Notes under the pieces: generated by a model
What the model saw: only the letters and a program-made list of their open reading frames with translations
The model's database searches: none
What the model was told of the DNA's origin: nothing
Origin: an uncultured delta proteobacterium
GTDB taxonomy: Bacteria; Myxococcota_A; Polyangia; Fen-1088
Direction: 5' to 3'
NCBI GenBank assembly: GCA_963849735.1
Contig: CAWKJE010000073.1
Span: 166,859-230,858 of the forward strand
DNA: 64,000 bases
Shown here: positions 31,283-41,402 of the stretch, piece after piece
Numbering within the stretch: the stretch's first letter is position 1
Layout: the number at the start of each line of letters is the position of its first letter
Program-made: the position numbers and the translations under genes

Positions 31283-31320
31283 TCCTCGGGGTTGTCCTCG
31301 GGGTTGTCCTGGGGTTGTCC
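31283..31320. repeat. 12-bp tandem repeat x3 (TCCTCGGGGTTG) in divergent intergenic region
   Basis: tcctcggggttg tcctcggggttg tcct-ggggttg tcc. Confidence 0.75.
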
Positions 31321-31417
31321 TTGCAAGCCGGTCCAAGTTCAGCTAGCCATATGGCGCGTTCCTCCCGGTCCTCTGCCTGCAGGACCATCTCTCTCCCCAA
31401 GCTCAGGAGCAAGTCGC

Positions 31418-32512
31418 ATGGGCCAACCGAAGCTTCGCCTGGTCATTCCATCCATTCTGCTTTCTTGTTCGCTCTCAATCTTCGCTGAGGTGGGTGCCGT
31501 CCGCGCCGACGCCGCGGCAACCGAGGCGACCCCGGTGGCTCAAGCCGAGGCCGTCCAACCCGCGGCTCCGCCCGCCGACCAGCCGCCTACTCCGCCCGCC
31601 ACGCCGAAATGCGAATGCCCGCCTCCCTGCCCTGCCGCGCCGCCACCCCCGGCCGCGCCAACGGTGGAGTGGAAGGCGCAAAGCAAGGGCGGCATGCTGA
31701 TCAGCACCGGCAACGCGGAGGCGAAGAGCTTCACCTTCGGCGTGAACGGCTCGCGCAAGGAAGGCAGCAACAAGCTGGCCTTGGAAGGCGGACTGGCGTA
31801 CGGGACCGCGGACGTCCTGGTTCTCACCCAGAATCCCGCGGGAGTAGGCACCGCTAGCCGCGAATCGATCACCAGCACCAACAACTGGGCCAGCAAGGTC
31901 CGCTACGACCGCTTCATAACCAACAACAACAGTGCGTTCGTCAGCGGCCTGGCGGCCGGAGACGAGATCGCGGGCAAGACCTTCTTCGGCGGCGGCGAGG
32001 TTGGGTACAGCCGACAACTGCGCAAGGATAAATGGAACATCGTGGTGGCCGAGCTCGGCTACGATTTCTCGTACCAGCGCTACGTCCAGCCTGGAGACGG
32101 CCAGCCCTCGCTCGACCCGATCACCGTTCACTCGGCGCGGGTCTTCGCGGGCGAGACACTGTCGCTGTCCAAGGAAACCGGCATCACCGCCAGCGTGGAG
32201 GGTCTGTTCAACCTCAACAAGGAATCCAAGGCGGTGAGTGTCAACCACCCCGACCCGGCCGATCCAAGCCACCTTGGCGTGGACGCCTTCAAGGATACTC
32301 GCTTGAACGGCAAAATCGGGCTGAGCACTAACCTTTGGGATAGCCTTAGCTTCGGGTTCAGCTTCACCGTCAAGTATGACGAGAACCCCGCCCCGCGGCC
32401 CAGCCCGCAGGGCGCGCCCTCGACCTTCGCCTTTCCCGTCACCAGTCCGTACTACTTCGCCGACAAGGTCGACACACTGACCGAGGCGACCCTCATCTAC
32501 ACCTTCTTCTAG
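31418..32512 (+). CDS. DUF481-like outer-membrane beta-barrel protein
   Basis: RBS AGGAG and a signal peptide, a Pro-rich linker, 'STGNA', alternating beta strands and an aromatic C-terminus (LIYTFF). Confidence 0.75.
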   Translation: MGQPKLRLVIPSILLSCSLSIFAEVGAVRADAAATEATPVAQAEAVQPAAPPADQPPTPPATPKCECPPPCPAAPPPPAAPTVEWKAQSKGGMLISTGNAEAKSFTFGVNGSRKEGSNKLALEGGLAYGTADVLVLTQNPAGVGTASRESITSTNNWASKVRYDRFITNNNSAFVSGLAAGDEIAGKTFFGGGEVGYSRQLRKDKWNIVVAELGYDFSYQRYVQPGDGQPSLDPITVHSARVFAGETLSLSKETGITASVEGLFNLNKESKAVSVNHPDPADPSHLGVDAFKDTRLNGKIGLSTNLWDSLSFGFSFTVKYDENPAPRPSPQGAPSTFAFPVTSPYYFADKVDTLTEATLIYTFF

Positions 32513-32530
32513 ACAACCTTCGCGCGGGAC

Positions 32531-34708
32531 ATGGCAACCATGGCCAAGGACAAGTACCGCTTCAGTTTCTTCCGCTCTGGCGGCGTCGATCAGGTGGTGC
32601 TCGCCAGCGGGGCCGACCTGGCCCACATCGACGAGCTTGACCAGAAGCTGTGGCTCGCGTTGTCCTGCCCCACGCGCGGCCTGGAGTTCGATAGCCGCAC
32701 TCTCGATCTGCTCGACGCCGACAAGGATGGGCACATCCGCCCCGGCGAGATCTTGGCCGCCGTGCGCTTCGTTCGCGAGGTCTTCAAGAACCTCGACGAG
32801 CTGATCAAAGGCGAGGAGCGCCTGCCCTTGTCGGCGATCAGGGATGACACCGAGCTGGGCAAGGCGCTGGCCGCCCAGTCCCGGCAAATCCTGTCGAGCC
32901 TTGGCCGTCCGGATGCCGACAACATCGGCCTCGACGACGTCGCGGACACCGCCAAGATCTTGGCCGCCATGCGCTTCAACGGCGATGGCGTGCTGCCGCC
33001 CGAGTCGGCGGGCGCCGAGAGCGCGGCCCAGGCCGTGCGCGACATCATGAACGCGGTCGGTGCCAAGCCCGACCGCAGCGGCAAGGATGGCGTCGACCAG
33101 GCCGCGGTGGACAGGTTCTTCGCGGAGGCCATGGCAGTTGTTGCCTGGCTGAATCAGGGCGACAAGGATGGCGTGAGCCACCTCGTCGGCGAGGGCACCG
33201 TGGCCGCGGCCGAGGCGATCGCCGTCGTGCGGGCCAAGGTCGACGACTACTTTGCCCGCTGTCGCATGGCCGCGTTCGACGGCCGCGCCGCCACCGCGCT
33301 CAATCCTGCGGATGCGACCTTGCTGGCGCTCAGCCCTAAGACCCTGTCCGCCGAGTCCGACGAGATCGCGCAGCTTCCGCTCGCGACGGTGGGCGCCTGT
33401 CAACCCTTGCCGCTCGTCGACGGGTTGAACCCCGCGTGGACCGGTCGCATCGCTACCCTGGTGGCCGCGGCGGTGCGGCCCCTTCTAGCCACGGGCAACG
33501 ACAGCTTGTCCGAGTCCGATTGGACCACGCTCAAGGAGCGTATGGCGCCGTTCTTCGCCTGGCAAGCGGCCAAGCCCGCGACCGCGGTGGCGAGCTTGCC
33601 GCCCGCTCGCCTGCGCGAGCTCTCCGCCGGCGAGCTGCGCCAGCAGCTGACCGCGCTCATCAGCGAGGACGTTGCCGCGGGCGATGCGAACCAGCGGGTC
33701 GAGCAGGTGGAGCGCATGATTCGCTACCACCGCGACCTCGTCCGCTTGCTGCGCAACTTCGTCAATTTCTCGGAGCTTTACGGCACGCGCCGGGCCATAT
33801 TCCAAGCTGGCGCTCTGTTCATCGACGGGCGCAGTTGCGACCTGTGCTTGCCGGTCGAGGATCCGGGCAAGCACGCGAGCGTGGCCGGCCTGGCGCGCGC
33901 GTACCTGCTCTACTGCGATTGCACGCGCAAATCGGGCGAAAGGCGCTCCATCGTCGCGGCAGTCACGGCTGGCGAGACGGACAACCTTATGGTCGGGCGC
34001 AATGGCGTGTTCCGCGATCGCAAGGGCAACGACTGGGATGCGACCGTGACCCGCATCGTTGAGAACCCGATCAGCATACGCCAGGGCTTCTGGTCACCCT
34101 ACAAGAGTTTCATGCGGATGATCGAGGAGCAAGTGGCCAAGCGTGCCGTCGCCGCGGAAGATGCGGTCCACAAGAAGACGCAGAACGCGGCCTTGACAAC
34201 CGCCCACGCCGACACGGTCAGGCCCAACGCAGACGAGAAGAAGCCCGAGCCCAAGAAGATCGACGTTGGCACTGTCGCGGCGATTGGCGTGGCCGTAGGT
34301 GGCATCGCGACCTTCCTCTCCAGCGTCCTGGCCATGTTCTTCGGCCTTGGTCTCTGGATGCCGCTTGGACTCCTCGGGCTCCTTCTCGCGATCTCGGGAC
34401 CATCGATGCTCATCGCGTGGCTCAAGCTGCGTCAGCGCAACGTCGGCCCCATTCTCGACGCCAACGGCTGGTCGGTGAACGCCATGGCCAAGATAAACGT
34501 TCCGTTCGGCGCCGCGCTCACGCAGGTGGCGACCCTGCCGCGCGGTGCGCGGCGCGAGCTGCGCGATCCCTTCGCCGAGAAGAAGCGGCCGTGGAAGCTG
34601 TACCTCCTTCTACTGGTGCTGGTCGGCGTGGCGGTGGCCTGGTACCTCGGCTACTTGGACGCGCACCTGCCCGTCGGTGTCCGGGTGAAGACCCTAATGG
34701 GCAGATGA
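32531..34708 (+). CDS. conserved hypothetical protein with EF-hand-like loop and C-terminal membrane segments
   Basis: DADKDGHIRPGE loop, TM segments near the C-terminus, strong GC3 bias; co-oriented 18 bp after the DUF481 gene. Confidence 0.7.
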   Translation: MATMAKDKYRFSFFRSGGVDQVVLASGADLAHIDELDQKLWLALSCPTRGLEFDSRTLDLLDADKDGHIRPGEILAAVRFVREVFKNLDELIKGEERLPLSAIRDDTELGKALAAQSRQILSSLGRPDADNIGLDDVADTAKILAAMRFNGDGVLPPESAGAESAAQAVRDIMNAVGAKPDRSGKDGVDQAAVDRFFAEAMAVVAWLNQGDKDGVSHLVGEGTVAAAEAIAVVRAKVDDYFARCRMAAFDGRAATALNPADATLLALSPKTLSAESDEIAQLPLATVGACQPLPLVDGLNPAWTGRIATLVAAAVRPLLATGNDSLSESDWTTLKERMAPFFAWQAAKPATAVASLPPARLRELSAGELRQQLTALISEDVAAGDANQRVEQVERMIRYHRDLVRLLRNFVNFSELYGTRRAIFQAGALFIDGRSCDLCLPVEDPGKHASVAGLARAYLLYCDCTRKSGERRSIVAAVTAGETDNLMVGRNGVFRDRKGNDWDATVTRIVENPISIRQGFWSPYKSFMRMIEEQVAKRAVAAEDAVHKKTQNAALTTAHADTVRPNADEKKPEPKKIDVGTVAAIGVAVGGIATFLSSVLAMFFGLGLWMPLGLLGLLLAISGPSMLIAWLKLRQRNVGPILDANGWSVNAMAKINVPFGAALTQVATLPRGARRELRDPFAEKKRPWKLYLLLLVLVGVAVAWYLGYLDAHLPVGVRVKTLMGR

Positions 34709-34814
34709 CCAGGACGCGAGACGACTCAGAGGGCAGATAAGGGCCGGGAAAGGCCGCCGACACTTTCTCGAGATCGGTGTGCAGCAGGCAGGCGCCTGGG
34801 GCCCGAAGCCCGCT

Positions 34815-35864
34815 TCAGAATCCCGCCTGAGCTTCTATGAGCACCTTGATCGCTCTCGTCTCGGCGGCGTGGGCGAACGTGTCGTAGGCATCTACGATTC
34901 GATCGAATGCGAAGCGATGCGTGATTAGGACGCTGGGATCAAGCCGGCGAGATTGGAGAACGTTGAGCAGCATCGGAGTGCTGATGGTGTCGACCAGTCG
35001 TGTGGTAATGGTGATGTTGCGATCCCACAACGACTCCAGATGGAGATCTACGGGTGTTCCGTGCACTCCAATGTTCGCGATGGTGCCGCCTGGCGCGACG
35101 ATCTCCTGGCATAGCTCGAACGTGGCGGGAATTCCGACCGCTTCGATGACGGTGTCGGCGCCGCGGTCCCCGGTCAGCCTCATAACCACCTCGGCGGCCT
35201 TGCTATCGGCGTTATTAATGGTAACCGTAGCTCCAAGGCGCTTGGCCACTTCGAGTCGGTTCTGGTCGAGGTCTATCACCACGATCTTGGCGGGCGAGTA
35301 CAACTGGGAGGTGAGCAGAGCTGCGAGCCCGATCGGGCCCGCTCCAACGATCGCGACGGTGCTGCCGGGCTGGACCCTTCCGTTGATGGCGCCGCACTCG
35401 AAGGCGGTGGGCAGGATATCGCTCAACATGACCATGGACTCTGCGTCCCCGCCGTTGGGTATCAGATAGAGGCTGCAGTCGGCGTAGGGAATGCGGACCC
35501 ATTCGGCCTGGGTGCCATCGATCTCATTGCCGAGGATCCAGCCGCCCGTAGTACAATGCGAGTACATGAGCCTGCGGCAATAGGCGCACTTGCCACAGGT
35601 GCTGATACAGGAGATCAGAACCCGATCTCCGGGCCTGAACCCGGTTACCGCTGGTCCAACCTCGTCAACAACGCCTACGCCCTCATGACCGAGGATGCGA
35701 CCCGGTTGGCAGCTGGGGACGTCCCCCTTTAGGATATGCAGGTCAGTACCGCAAATTGTCGTCTTGGCAATCTTGACAATCGCATCCGCCGGGGCTCGCA
35801 GGGGCGGCCTTGGTCGATCCTCCAGGGCCTTTTCCCCGGCCCCCTGGTAGACTAGCGCCTTCAT
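34815..35864 (-). CDS. zinc-dependent alcohol dehydrogenase (MDR family)
   Basis: ICGTDLH, GHEGVG, structural Zn site CGKCAYC…C, GAGPIG. Confidence 0.92.
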   Translation of the reverse strand: MKALVYQGAGEKALEDRPRPPLRAPADAIVKIAKTTICGTDLHILKGDVPSCQPGRILGHEGVGVVDEVGPAVTGFRPGDRVLISCISTCGKCAYCRRLMYSHCTTGGWILGNEIDGTQAEWVRIPYADCSLYLIPNGGDAESMVMLSDILPTAFECGAINGRVQPGSTVAIVGAGPIGLAALLTSQLYSPAKIVVIDLDQNRLEVAKRLGATVTINNADSKAAEVVMRLTGDRGADTVIEAVGIPATFELCQEIVAPGGTIANIGVHGTPVDLHLESLWDRNITITTRLVDTISTPMLLNVLQSRRLDPSVLITHRFAFDRIVDAYDTFAHAAETRAIKVLIEAQAGF

Positions 35865-36119
35865 TGGGAGCGCGCCTCGAGTTGCCTAGCGGCCACTCCC
35901 AGAAAGTCCCGTCCAGCGGAGCCCACGCCAATTGCGCAGCGTGAGCCACCGAAGTGACCGATGGTGACTACAAAGGGTTCCTGCGTGTTCGGAGTCATCG
36001 TGACCGATGCTATGGCTCAAATGGCTAGAAGAGACCAATGCAGGCGGCATGCCGCCACAGGAAGCCGTCCATTGGGAGGTTGCGTCCAGGCCAAGACCGC
36101 GAGGGGCGGAGAGCTTGGG

Positions 36120-36860
36120 TCAGCGGACAGAGGCGCCGAGCAGTAGGCCGATCAGCGCGGTCACGGCCATCGCCAGAGCTCCACCTACGGTGACTCGCAA
36201 CGAGGCCCGCACGACAGGTGCGCCGCCGAGATGTCCCCCGAGCGCACCGAGAGTCGCCAAACTCAGCAGCGAAAGTGCCGCCACCAGGGGGATACGTAGA
36301 AATGCTGGCGAGACAACGAGAGCGACGATCGGAATCGAGGCAAACGACGCAAAGCTCGCAGCCGATATCCACGCAGCCTGCGTCGGGCGGGCGAGCGCTG
36401 TCTGGTCGATGCCGAGCTCATCGCGCATGTGGGCCCCGAGCCGATCGTGCGCACTCAGTTGCTCTGCGACTTTCATGGCAAGAGCTTCGTCGAGGCCGCG
36501 TTTGACGTAGATGCTGGCAAGCTCGCGCAGCTCGGCTTGCGGGTTCCCGGCAAGCTCGCGCCCCTCGCGCGCGATGTCGGCACGCTGCGCGTCGCTCTGT
36601 GAGCTGACGGAGACGTATTCTCCCACAGCCATCGACATAGCTCCTGCTACCAGGCCGGCCACGCCCGCGACGAGAGCGGCCTCGCGAGTCGCCGAAGACG
36701 CCAAGACGCCGATCATGAGGCTCGCAGTCGATACGATAGCATCATCCGAGCCGAGCACAGCTGCCCGCAGCCACCCGGAGCGGCTGCTTTGGTGCTTTTC
36801 GGCATGGGGCTGCGACTTGTGCTTCTTCCCGGAGCCAGGGCCCGATTCAGCCAGAGGCAT
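36120..36860 (-). CDS. VIT1/CCC1 family Fe/Mn transporter
   Basis: WLRAAVLGSDD.IVS, AGAMSMAVGEYVSVSSQ, HMRDELG. Confidence 0.92.
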   Translation of the reverse strand: MPLAESGPGSGKKHKSQPHAEKHQSSRSGWLRAAVLGSDDAIVSTASLMIGVLASSATREAALVAGVAGLVAGAMSMAVGEYVSVSSQSDAQRADIAREGRELAGNPQAELRELASIYVKRGLDEALAMKVAEQLSAHDRLGAHMRDELGIDQTALARPTQAAWISAASFASFASIPIVALVVSPAFLRIPLVAALSLLSLATLGALGGHLGGAPVVRASLRVTVGGALAMAVTALIGLLLGASVR

Positions 36861-36929
36861 ACTGTGATAGGTCACGTTGGGGCGGCGCGCGTCCAGTTTG
36901 GGATGCAGGCGTAACTGGGAGTGTATCCC

Positions 36930-36945
36930 AGCAAATCCCGCGCCA
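36930..36945 (-). promoter_or_regulatory. sigma54 -24/-12 motif TGGCGCGGGATTTGCT (VIT1)
   Basis: GG-N10-GC, near consensus, 70 bp upstream of the VIT1 start. Confidence 0.7.
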
Positions 36946-37134
36946 TCCTTTACAGCCCAAGGAATTGGGCGGCTTACACCGCGGGTCCGTGGTGTCGCTG
37001 GCGTGTTCAATCAACGTGAAGTACGTTCCCCATCAATTCGAAGGGCGATGGTGGTCGAGGCGATACGCCCCCCGCCCCGAGATTGTCGCATGCTCGGCTG
37101 GACGAGTGGGTCCTGGACCTGTTCCGCCCGGGAT

Positions 37135-37150
37135 TGGTCCGAAAACTGCA
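37135..37150 (+). promoter_or_regulatory. sigma54 motif TGGTCCGAAAACTGCA (DUF2934-PRC unit)
   Basis: GG-N10-GC oriented toward 37316. Confidence 0.5.
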
Positions 37151-37315
37151 GCAGCGGTAGACGCCGAGCAGCGGCGCACGCCGCGGGAGACAGCGAAGGA
37201 GCCAGAAGACGCGAGCCATATCAATGCTGTTAGCCGCGAGCGCAACCACTTGTGCCACGACAGCCGCGGCCGACATCGCAGGAACCGTCGTAATCACCAT
37301 CGGAAAGGAGCCGCT

Positions 37316-37603
37316 ATGCCACACAACCCATCTGACTACTTGCCTCACCAGGTCCACCAGTCTAAGACTTCCTCGGAGGTTCCGAGGGGAGCGCCAGCCC
37401 ATACGAGCTCGGCCTGCGATGCCGACATCGCCAAGCGTGCGTACGCGAAGTACGAGGCGCGCGGCCGGGTGCATGGCTTTGACCGGGAGGACTGGATAGC
37501 TGCGGGCGACGAGCTTATCGCCGAGAGACTTGGGCACTTGACTCCAAGTGCGAGGCCAGACCTGTCGGCTGTCCACGATGGTCAACAATTCCGGAAGAAG
37601 TGA
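37316..37603 (+). CDS. DUF2934 domain small protein
   Basis: RBS AAGGAG; IAKRAYAKYEARGRVHGFDREDWIAA. Confidence 0.8.
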   Translation: MPHNPSDYLPHQVHQSKTSSEVPRGAPAHTSSACDADIAKRAYAKYEARGRVHGFDREDWIAAGDELIAERLGHLTPSARPDLSAVHDGQQFRKK

Positions 37604-37609
37604 AGGGAA

Positions 37610-38413
37610 ATGCCCATGTTGCGTAGCCTTAGAGACATCGAAGGATATGTGGTCAGCGCCAGCGACGGTGAGATCGGCAAGGTGGCCGACTTTCTCCTGG
37701 ATGATGAGCGTTGGGTTATCCGATATCTGGTCGTCAAAACCGCGGGTTCCTTCTCGCCGAGTAGACGCGAGGTCCTCGTATCGCCCATCTTCTTTCGCCA
37801 GGCTGACTGGACGAGCCACCAGTTTCGTCTTGCACTAACTGTCGAGAAAGTCAGGAATAGCCCGAGTGTCGACGCGCACAAGCCCGTCTCTCGCCAACAC
37901 GAAAAGGAGTACTACCGGTACTTTGGATATCCCAACTACTGGGAGTACTCCGGGTTTTGGGGCATGAGCACCTATCCTCGTGGTCTGGCGCCCGGCCAGT
38001 GGAACGAGGCGGCAGCCGAGCGTTGCAAGACACCCTCTGGGGATGGGCACTTGCGTAGTGACAAGGAGATCCGCGGATATCACATAGAAGGAAGCGACAG
38101 GGCCGTGGGACACCTCCGGGATTGCATCGTCGACGATGAGATGTGGAAGGTGCGCTATCTGGTCGTTGACACCGCGAGCTGGTGGTTAGGTAAGAGCGTG
38201 CTGATCGCGCCGCACTGGGCCAACAAGATCAGTTGGAGTCAGCGAAAGATCTTCGTGGACCTTTCCCGGCAGAAGATCAAGGAAAGCCCAGAGTGGAACG
38301 CCGAAACGGCCATCAACCGCGAGTACGAGGAGCGTCTCTATGACTACTACGGTCGGCCAGTGGATTGGGCCCCGGGTGGAGTCGCGGAAAAGGAGCGACC
38401 GGAGCTGCGCTAG
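37610..38413 (+). CDS. tandem PRC-barrel domain protein
   Basis: Two repeats of GY.v.a.DG.iG.v.D…DDe.W.iRYLVV.T separated by a Tyr/Trp-rich linker. Confidence 0.88.
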   Translation: MPMLRSLRDIEGYVVSASDGEIGKVADFLLDDERWVIRYLVVKTAGSFSPSRREVLVSPIFFRQADWTSHQFRLALTVEKVRNSPSVDAHKPVSRQHEKEYYRYFGYPNYWEYSGFWGMSTYPRGLAPGQWNEAAAERCKTPSGDGHLRSDKEIRGYHIEGSDRAVGHLRDCIVDDEMWKVRYLVVDTASWWLGKSVLIAPHWANKISWSQRKIFVDLSRQKIKESPEWNAETAINREYEERLYDYYGRPVDWAPGGVAEKERPELR

Positions 38414-38462
38414 AGTCCGGGTAGGGGTTGGGCCTGGGTCCGGGATGGGGCGAAAGGGAGGC

Positions 38463-41042
38463 TCATTTCTGCCAAAGGATCCTGCCGGCTTCGAGGTGGG
38501 TGGCGATGCCATCGCAATGGGCCATGATTCGTGCCGTGTAGTCACTCGCTGGGCGAGCGGACGGAACGGAAGCGCGATAGGAATAGCCCCCTGCTCGATC
38601 TGCCAACTGCCGTGTACGGGTCATCTCGTACTTGACAGCGCTGCCGCCCTTAAGTCCGTCGGCGTAAAGCTCCACGCGGATGGTGTCCGGACTGGCGTCG
38701 TTCAGAAAGACCTCCACGGCGATGAAGTGCTGGTGCCCCTTCGTTTCCACGGTCACGGCACCGAAATGGAGCCCCGCCCACCTTGGCGCCGCCGCGTTTT
38801 GCCAGTCGACGAGTCGGCGAGCGGCAGCTCCCTTATCGGCGGCGCGCCCGCGGTATGCACTGGCCGCCGGAAGGTAGTGATGCTCGGTGTATTCACGCAC
38901 GGTTCGGCTCGCGGAAAACCTGGGCGTCAAGCCGGCCATGCTCTCCCGCATTCGCGCCACCCAGGCAGTGGGTATGCCATCTTCGTTGCGCGAAAAGAAC
39001 TCGGGGATTACCTCTTGTTCGAGCAGGTCGTATAGGGCATCTGCTTCAGCCGCATCCCAAGCAGGATCGTCACCGTGCTCCAGGCCGTCGCCGATGGCCC
39101 AGCCCACTTCCGGGGTATAGGCCTCGGCCCACCAGCCGTCCAGCTCCGAGATATTGATGCCGCCGTTGACCAGCACTTTCATTCCGCTTGTGCCGCAGGC
39201 TTCCCAGGGTCGGCGTGGCGTATTGATCCAGACGTCAACCCCTTGAACCAGGCGTTCGGCCAACAGCATGTCGTAGTCCGCCAGGAAGAACACGCGGGCA
39301 CTCGTTTCGTTCCGGCGGATGAATTGCATCCAGTCCTGAATCAGTGCTTGGCCAGCCTGGTCGGCCGGGTGGGCCTTGCCCGCAAGGACGAGCTGTGCCG
39401 GGCGCTCGGGATGATTGAGGATGCGAAGCAGGCGAGCAGGATCGTGCAGCAGAAGGTTGGGTCTTTTGTAGGTCGCAAAGCGCCGCGCGAAGCCTAGGGT
39501 CAGGATCGATGGATCCAGGCGATCCCGGATCCGTTGTATCGACTCGGGTGCCGCCGCGACGAACGCCATCTGCCGGCTGATGCTCTCGCGGGCATATTCC
39601 ACTAGAGCCTTTCGACTGGTGGTGCGCATGGCCCACAGCTTCTCGTCAGGTACCGAGCGAAGATCGGCTTCCAGAGTGGCCGACGTCCCCTGCCACCGTC
39701 CCTTACCACTTGCGTCTGTCCAAAGCTGGTCCGCCGCCGCAGAATCCCACGTGGGCATGTGTACGCCGTTGGTCACGTGGCCTATCGGCACATCGTCGAC
39801 CGGCCACCGGGGGAAAAGCGGTGCGAAAATTTGTCGGCTCACTTGACCGTGCAATCGGCTGACAGCATTGACCGCCCCGCTTCCCCGCATTGCCAGGTAG
39901 GCCATGTTGAAGGGTTCGACGGCGTCGTCAGGATTCTGGCGACCCAGTGCCAAGAACTCGCGCAACGAGAGGCCCAGATCTTCCCGCGCGTATCGCCCGA
40001 GGTACTGCTCTACCAGCGAGGGCGGAAAACGGTCAAAACCGGCGGCGACCGCGGTGTGGGTGGTGAAGAGATTCCCCGGGCGGGTGGCCGCTAACGCGAC
40101 GGCGAAGGAATGGCCGGTCTTCGTCATGAAGCTGTGGGCCCGCTCTAGCAGCGCGAAGGCCGCATGCCCCTCGTTGAGGTGGCAGACGTCGGGTTTGATG
40201 CCGAGCGCGCCGAACAATCGCCAGCCGCCCATCCCGAGTACAATTTCTTGCTTCAGGCGCAATTCCTGGCCGCCGCCGTAGAGCTCGCTCGTGATTCCTC
40301 GGTGCACGGGAATGTTCGCGGCGTCATTCGTATCGAGCAGGTAGAGCTTGATTCGACCAACCTGGACCTCCCAGGTGCGGACCCACACAGAATAGCCGGG
40401 CAAGCCGATTTCCATTCGCAGCAACTCGCCGTTCGGTTGGAGCACTGGGGTAACCGGCAACTGTCCCGGATCGTTGTAGGGATAGAGGGCCTGCTGCGCT
40501 CCGTCCCGGTCGATCCCCTGGCGAAAATATCCGTGCTGGTACAGCAGGCCAACGCCGACCACCGGCACGCCGAGATCGCTGGCAGCTTTGAGCTGGTCGC
40601 CCGCGACGTTACCGAGCCCGCCTGAATAGATCGGGAGGGCCTCGGTCAACATGAATTCCATGCAAAAATATGCCACGCAGTTTAGAGGACCCTGGGGGTA
40701 TCTCTCCTGAAACCAGCGCGGGGCTGCCTCCGCCTGTCGTTTGACCTCCAGCAGGCGCTCGAGCAGTCGGCAAAAGTCCGGGTCGGCCAAGGCGGTGGCA
40801 AGTCTCTCGCGTGTTACGGTCTGGAGCACGACGCTGGGATGCCGGGTATGTTCCCATAGCTCGGGATCGAGCCGTCGCCACAACTCGTCCATCGAGTGAT
40901 TCCACGACCAGCGGAGGTCCATGGCCAACTCGGTTAGGGCCGCAAGCTGGTGCGGTGGGGCAGGGGGCGCGGCACTGCCGAGTGTTGTCGGATTCATGGA
41001 CTCGAGCTCCACGGTGTGCACGCCGTGTGCCGGCGAGTCCAC
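38463..41042 (-). CDS. glgP: alpha-glucan (glycogen) phosphorylase, copy 1
   Basis: YSGGLGNVAGD, HLNEGH, GFARRFATYKR, AGKAHP, EACGTSGMK, DGWWAE. Alternative ATG at 40997. Confidence 0.95.
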   Translation of the reverse strand: MDSPAHGVHTVELESMNPTTLGSAAPPAPPHQLAALTELAMDLRWSWNHSMDELWRRLDPELWEHTRHPSVVLQTVTRERLATALADPDFCRLLERLLEVKRQAEAAPRWFQERYPQGPLNCVAYFCMEFMLTEALPIYSGGLGNVAGDQLKAASDLGVPVVGVGLLYQHGYFRQGIDRDGAQQALYPYNDPGQLPVTPVLQPNGELLRMEIGLPGYSVWVRTWEVQVGRIKLYLLDTNDAANIPVHRGITSELYGGGQELRLKQEIVLGMGGWRLFGALGIKPDVCHLNEGHAAFALLERAHSFMTKTGHSFAVALAATRPGNLFTTHTAVAAGFDRFPPSLVEQYLGRYAREDLGLSLREFLALGRQNPDDAVEPFNMAYLAMRGSGAVNAVSRLHGQVSRQIFAPLFPRWPVDDVPIGHVTNGVHMPTWDSAAADQLWTDASGKGRWQGTSATLEADLRSVPDEKLWAMRTTSRKALVEYARESISRQMAFVAAAPESIQRIRDRLDPSILTLGFARRFATYKRPNLLLHDPARLLRILNHPERPAQLVLAGKAHPADQAGQALIQDWMQFIRRNETSARVFFLADYDMLLAERLVQGVDVWINTPRRPWEACGTSGMKVLVNGGINISELDGWWAEAYTPEVGWAIGDGLEHGDDPAWDAAEADALYDLLEQEVIPEFFSRNEDGIPTAWVARMRESMAGLTPRFSASRTVREYTEHHYLPAASAYRGRAADKGAAARRLVDWQNAAAPRWAGLHFGAVTVETKGHQHFIAVEVFLNDASPDTIRVELYADGLKGGSAVKYEMTRTRQLADRAGGYSYRASVPSARPASDYTARIMAHCDGIATHLEAGRILWQK

Positions 41043-41192
41043 GTTGACGTGCCTGGTAGTATTCGCCCGTCACCAGGGCTGCCCGCCGTGCGCATGAGAA
41101 AGGCCCTGGGACTCCGGCATTCGCTTCCGCCCGCCTCCCGATAGGTTGACGTCTTCCCATTCTTACCCACGAAGCGACGTCCCACAACCATC

Positions 41193-41208
41193 GGCAACTC
41201 GAATGCCA
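41193..41208 (-). promoter_or_regulatory. sigma54 motif TGGCATTCGAGTTGCC (glgP copy 1)
   Basis: TGGCA…TTGC with GG-N10-GC spacing, upstream of glgP. Confidence 0.65.
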
Positions 41209-41402
41209 GAATCACACGGCCGTCCTCGCTTACGCCATGCCGTGAAGCAAATCCTGTGCCGTCTCGGTCTTCACCGCGAACCTCCTTGTTCCGTCTGCCC
41301 CCAAGATCAGCCGGCCGCTGCAGTTGCCCAGATCTTTGCCGTTGCCTTCGCTTTCCTGTTGGATCTGATCAAGGTTCCCCCGTTTTGCCGCATTAAGCTC
41401 TC

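Noticed and set aside
31475..33403. 642-aa minus-strand ORF (similarly 8642..10012 +, 10885..11910 +, 17390..18619 -)
   Set aside because: Antisense shadows of well-supported genes
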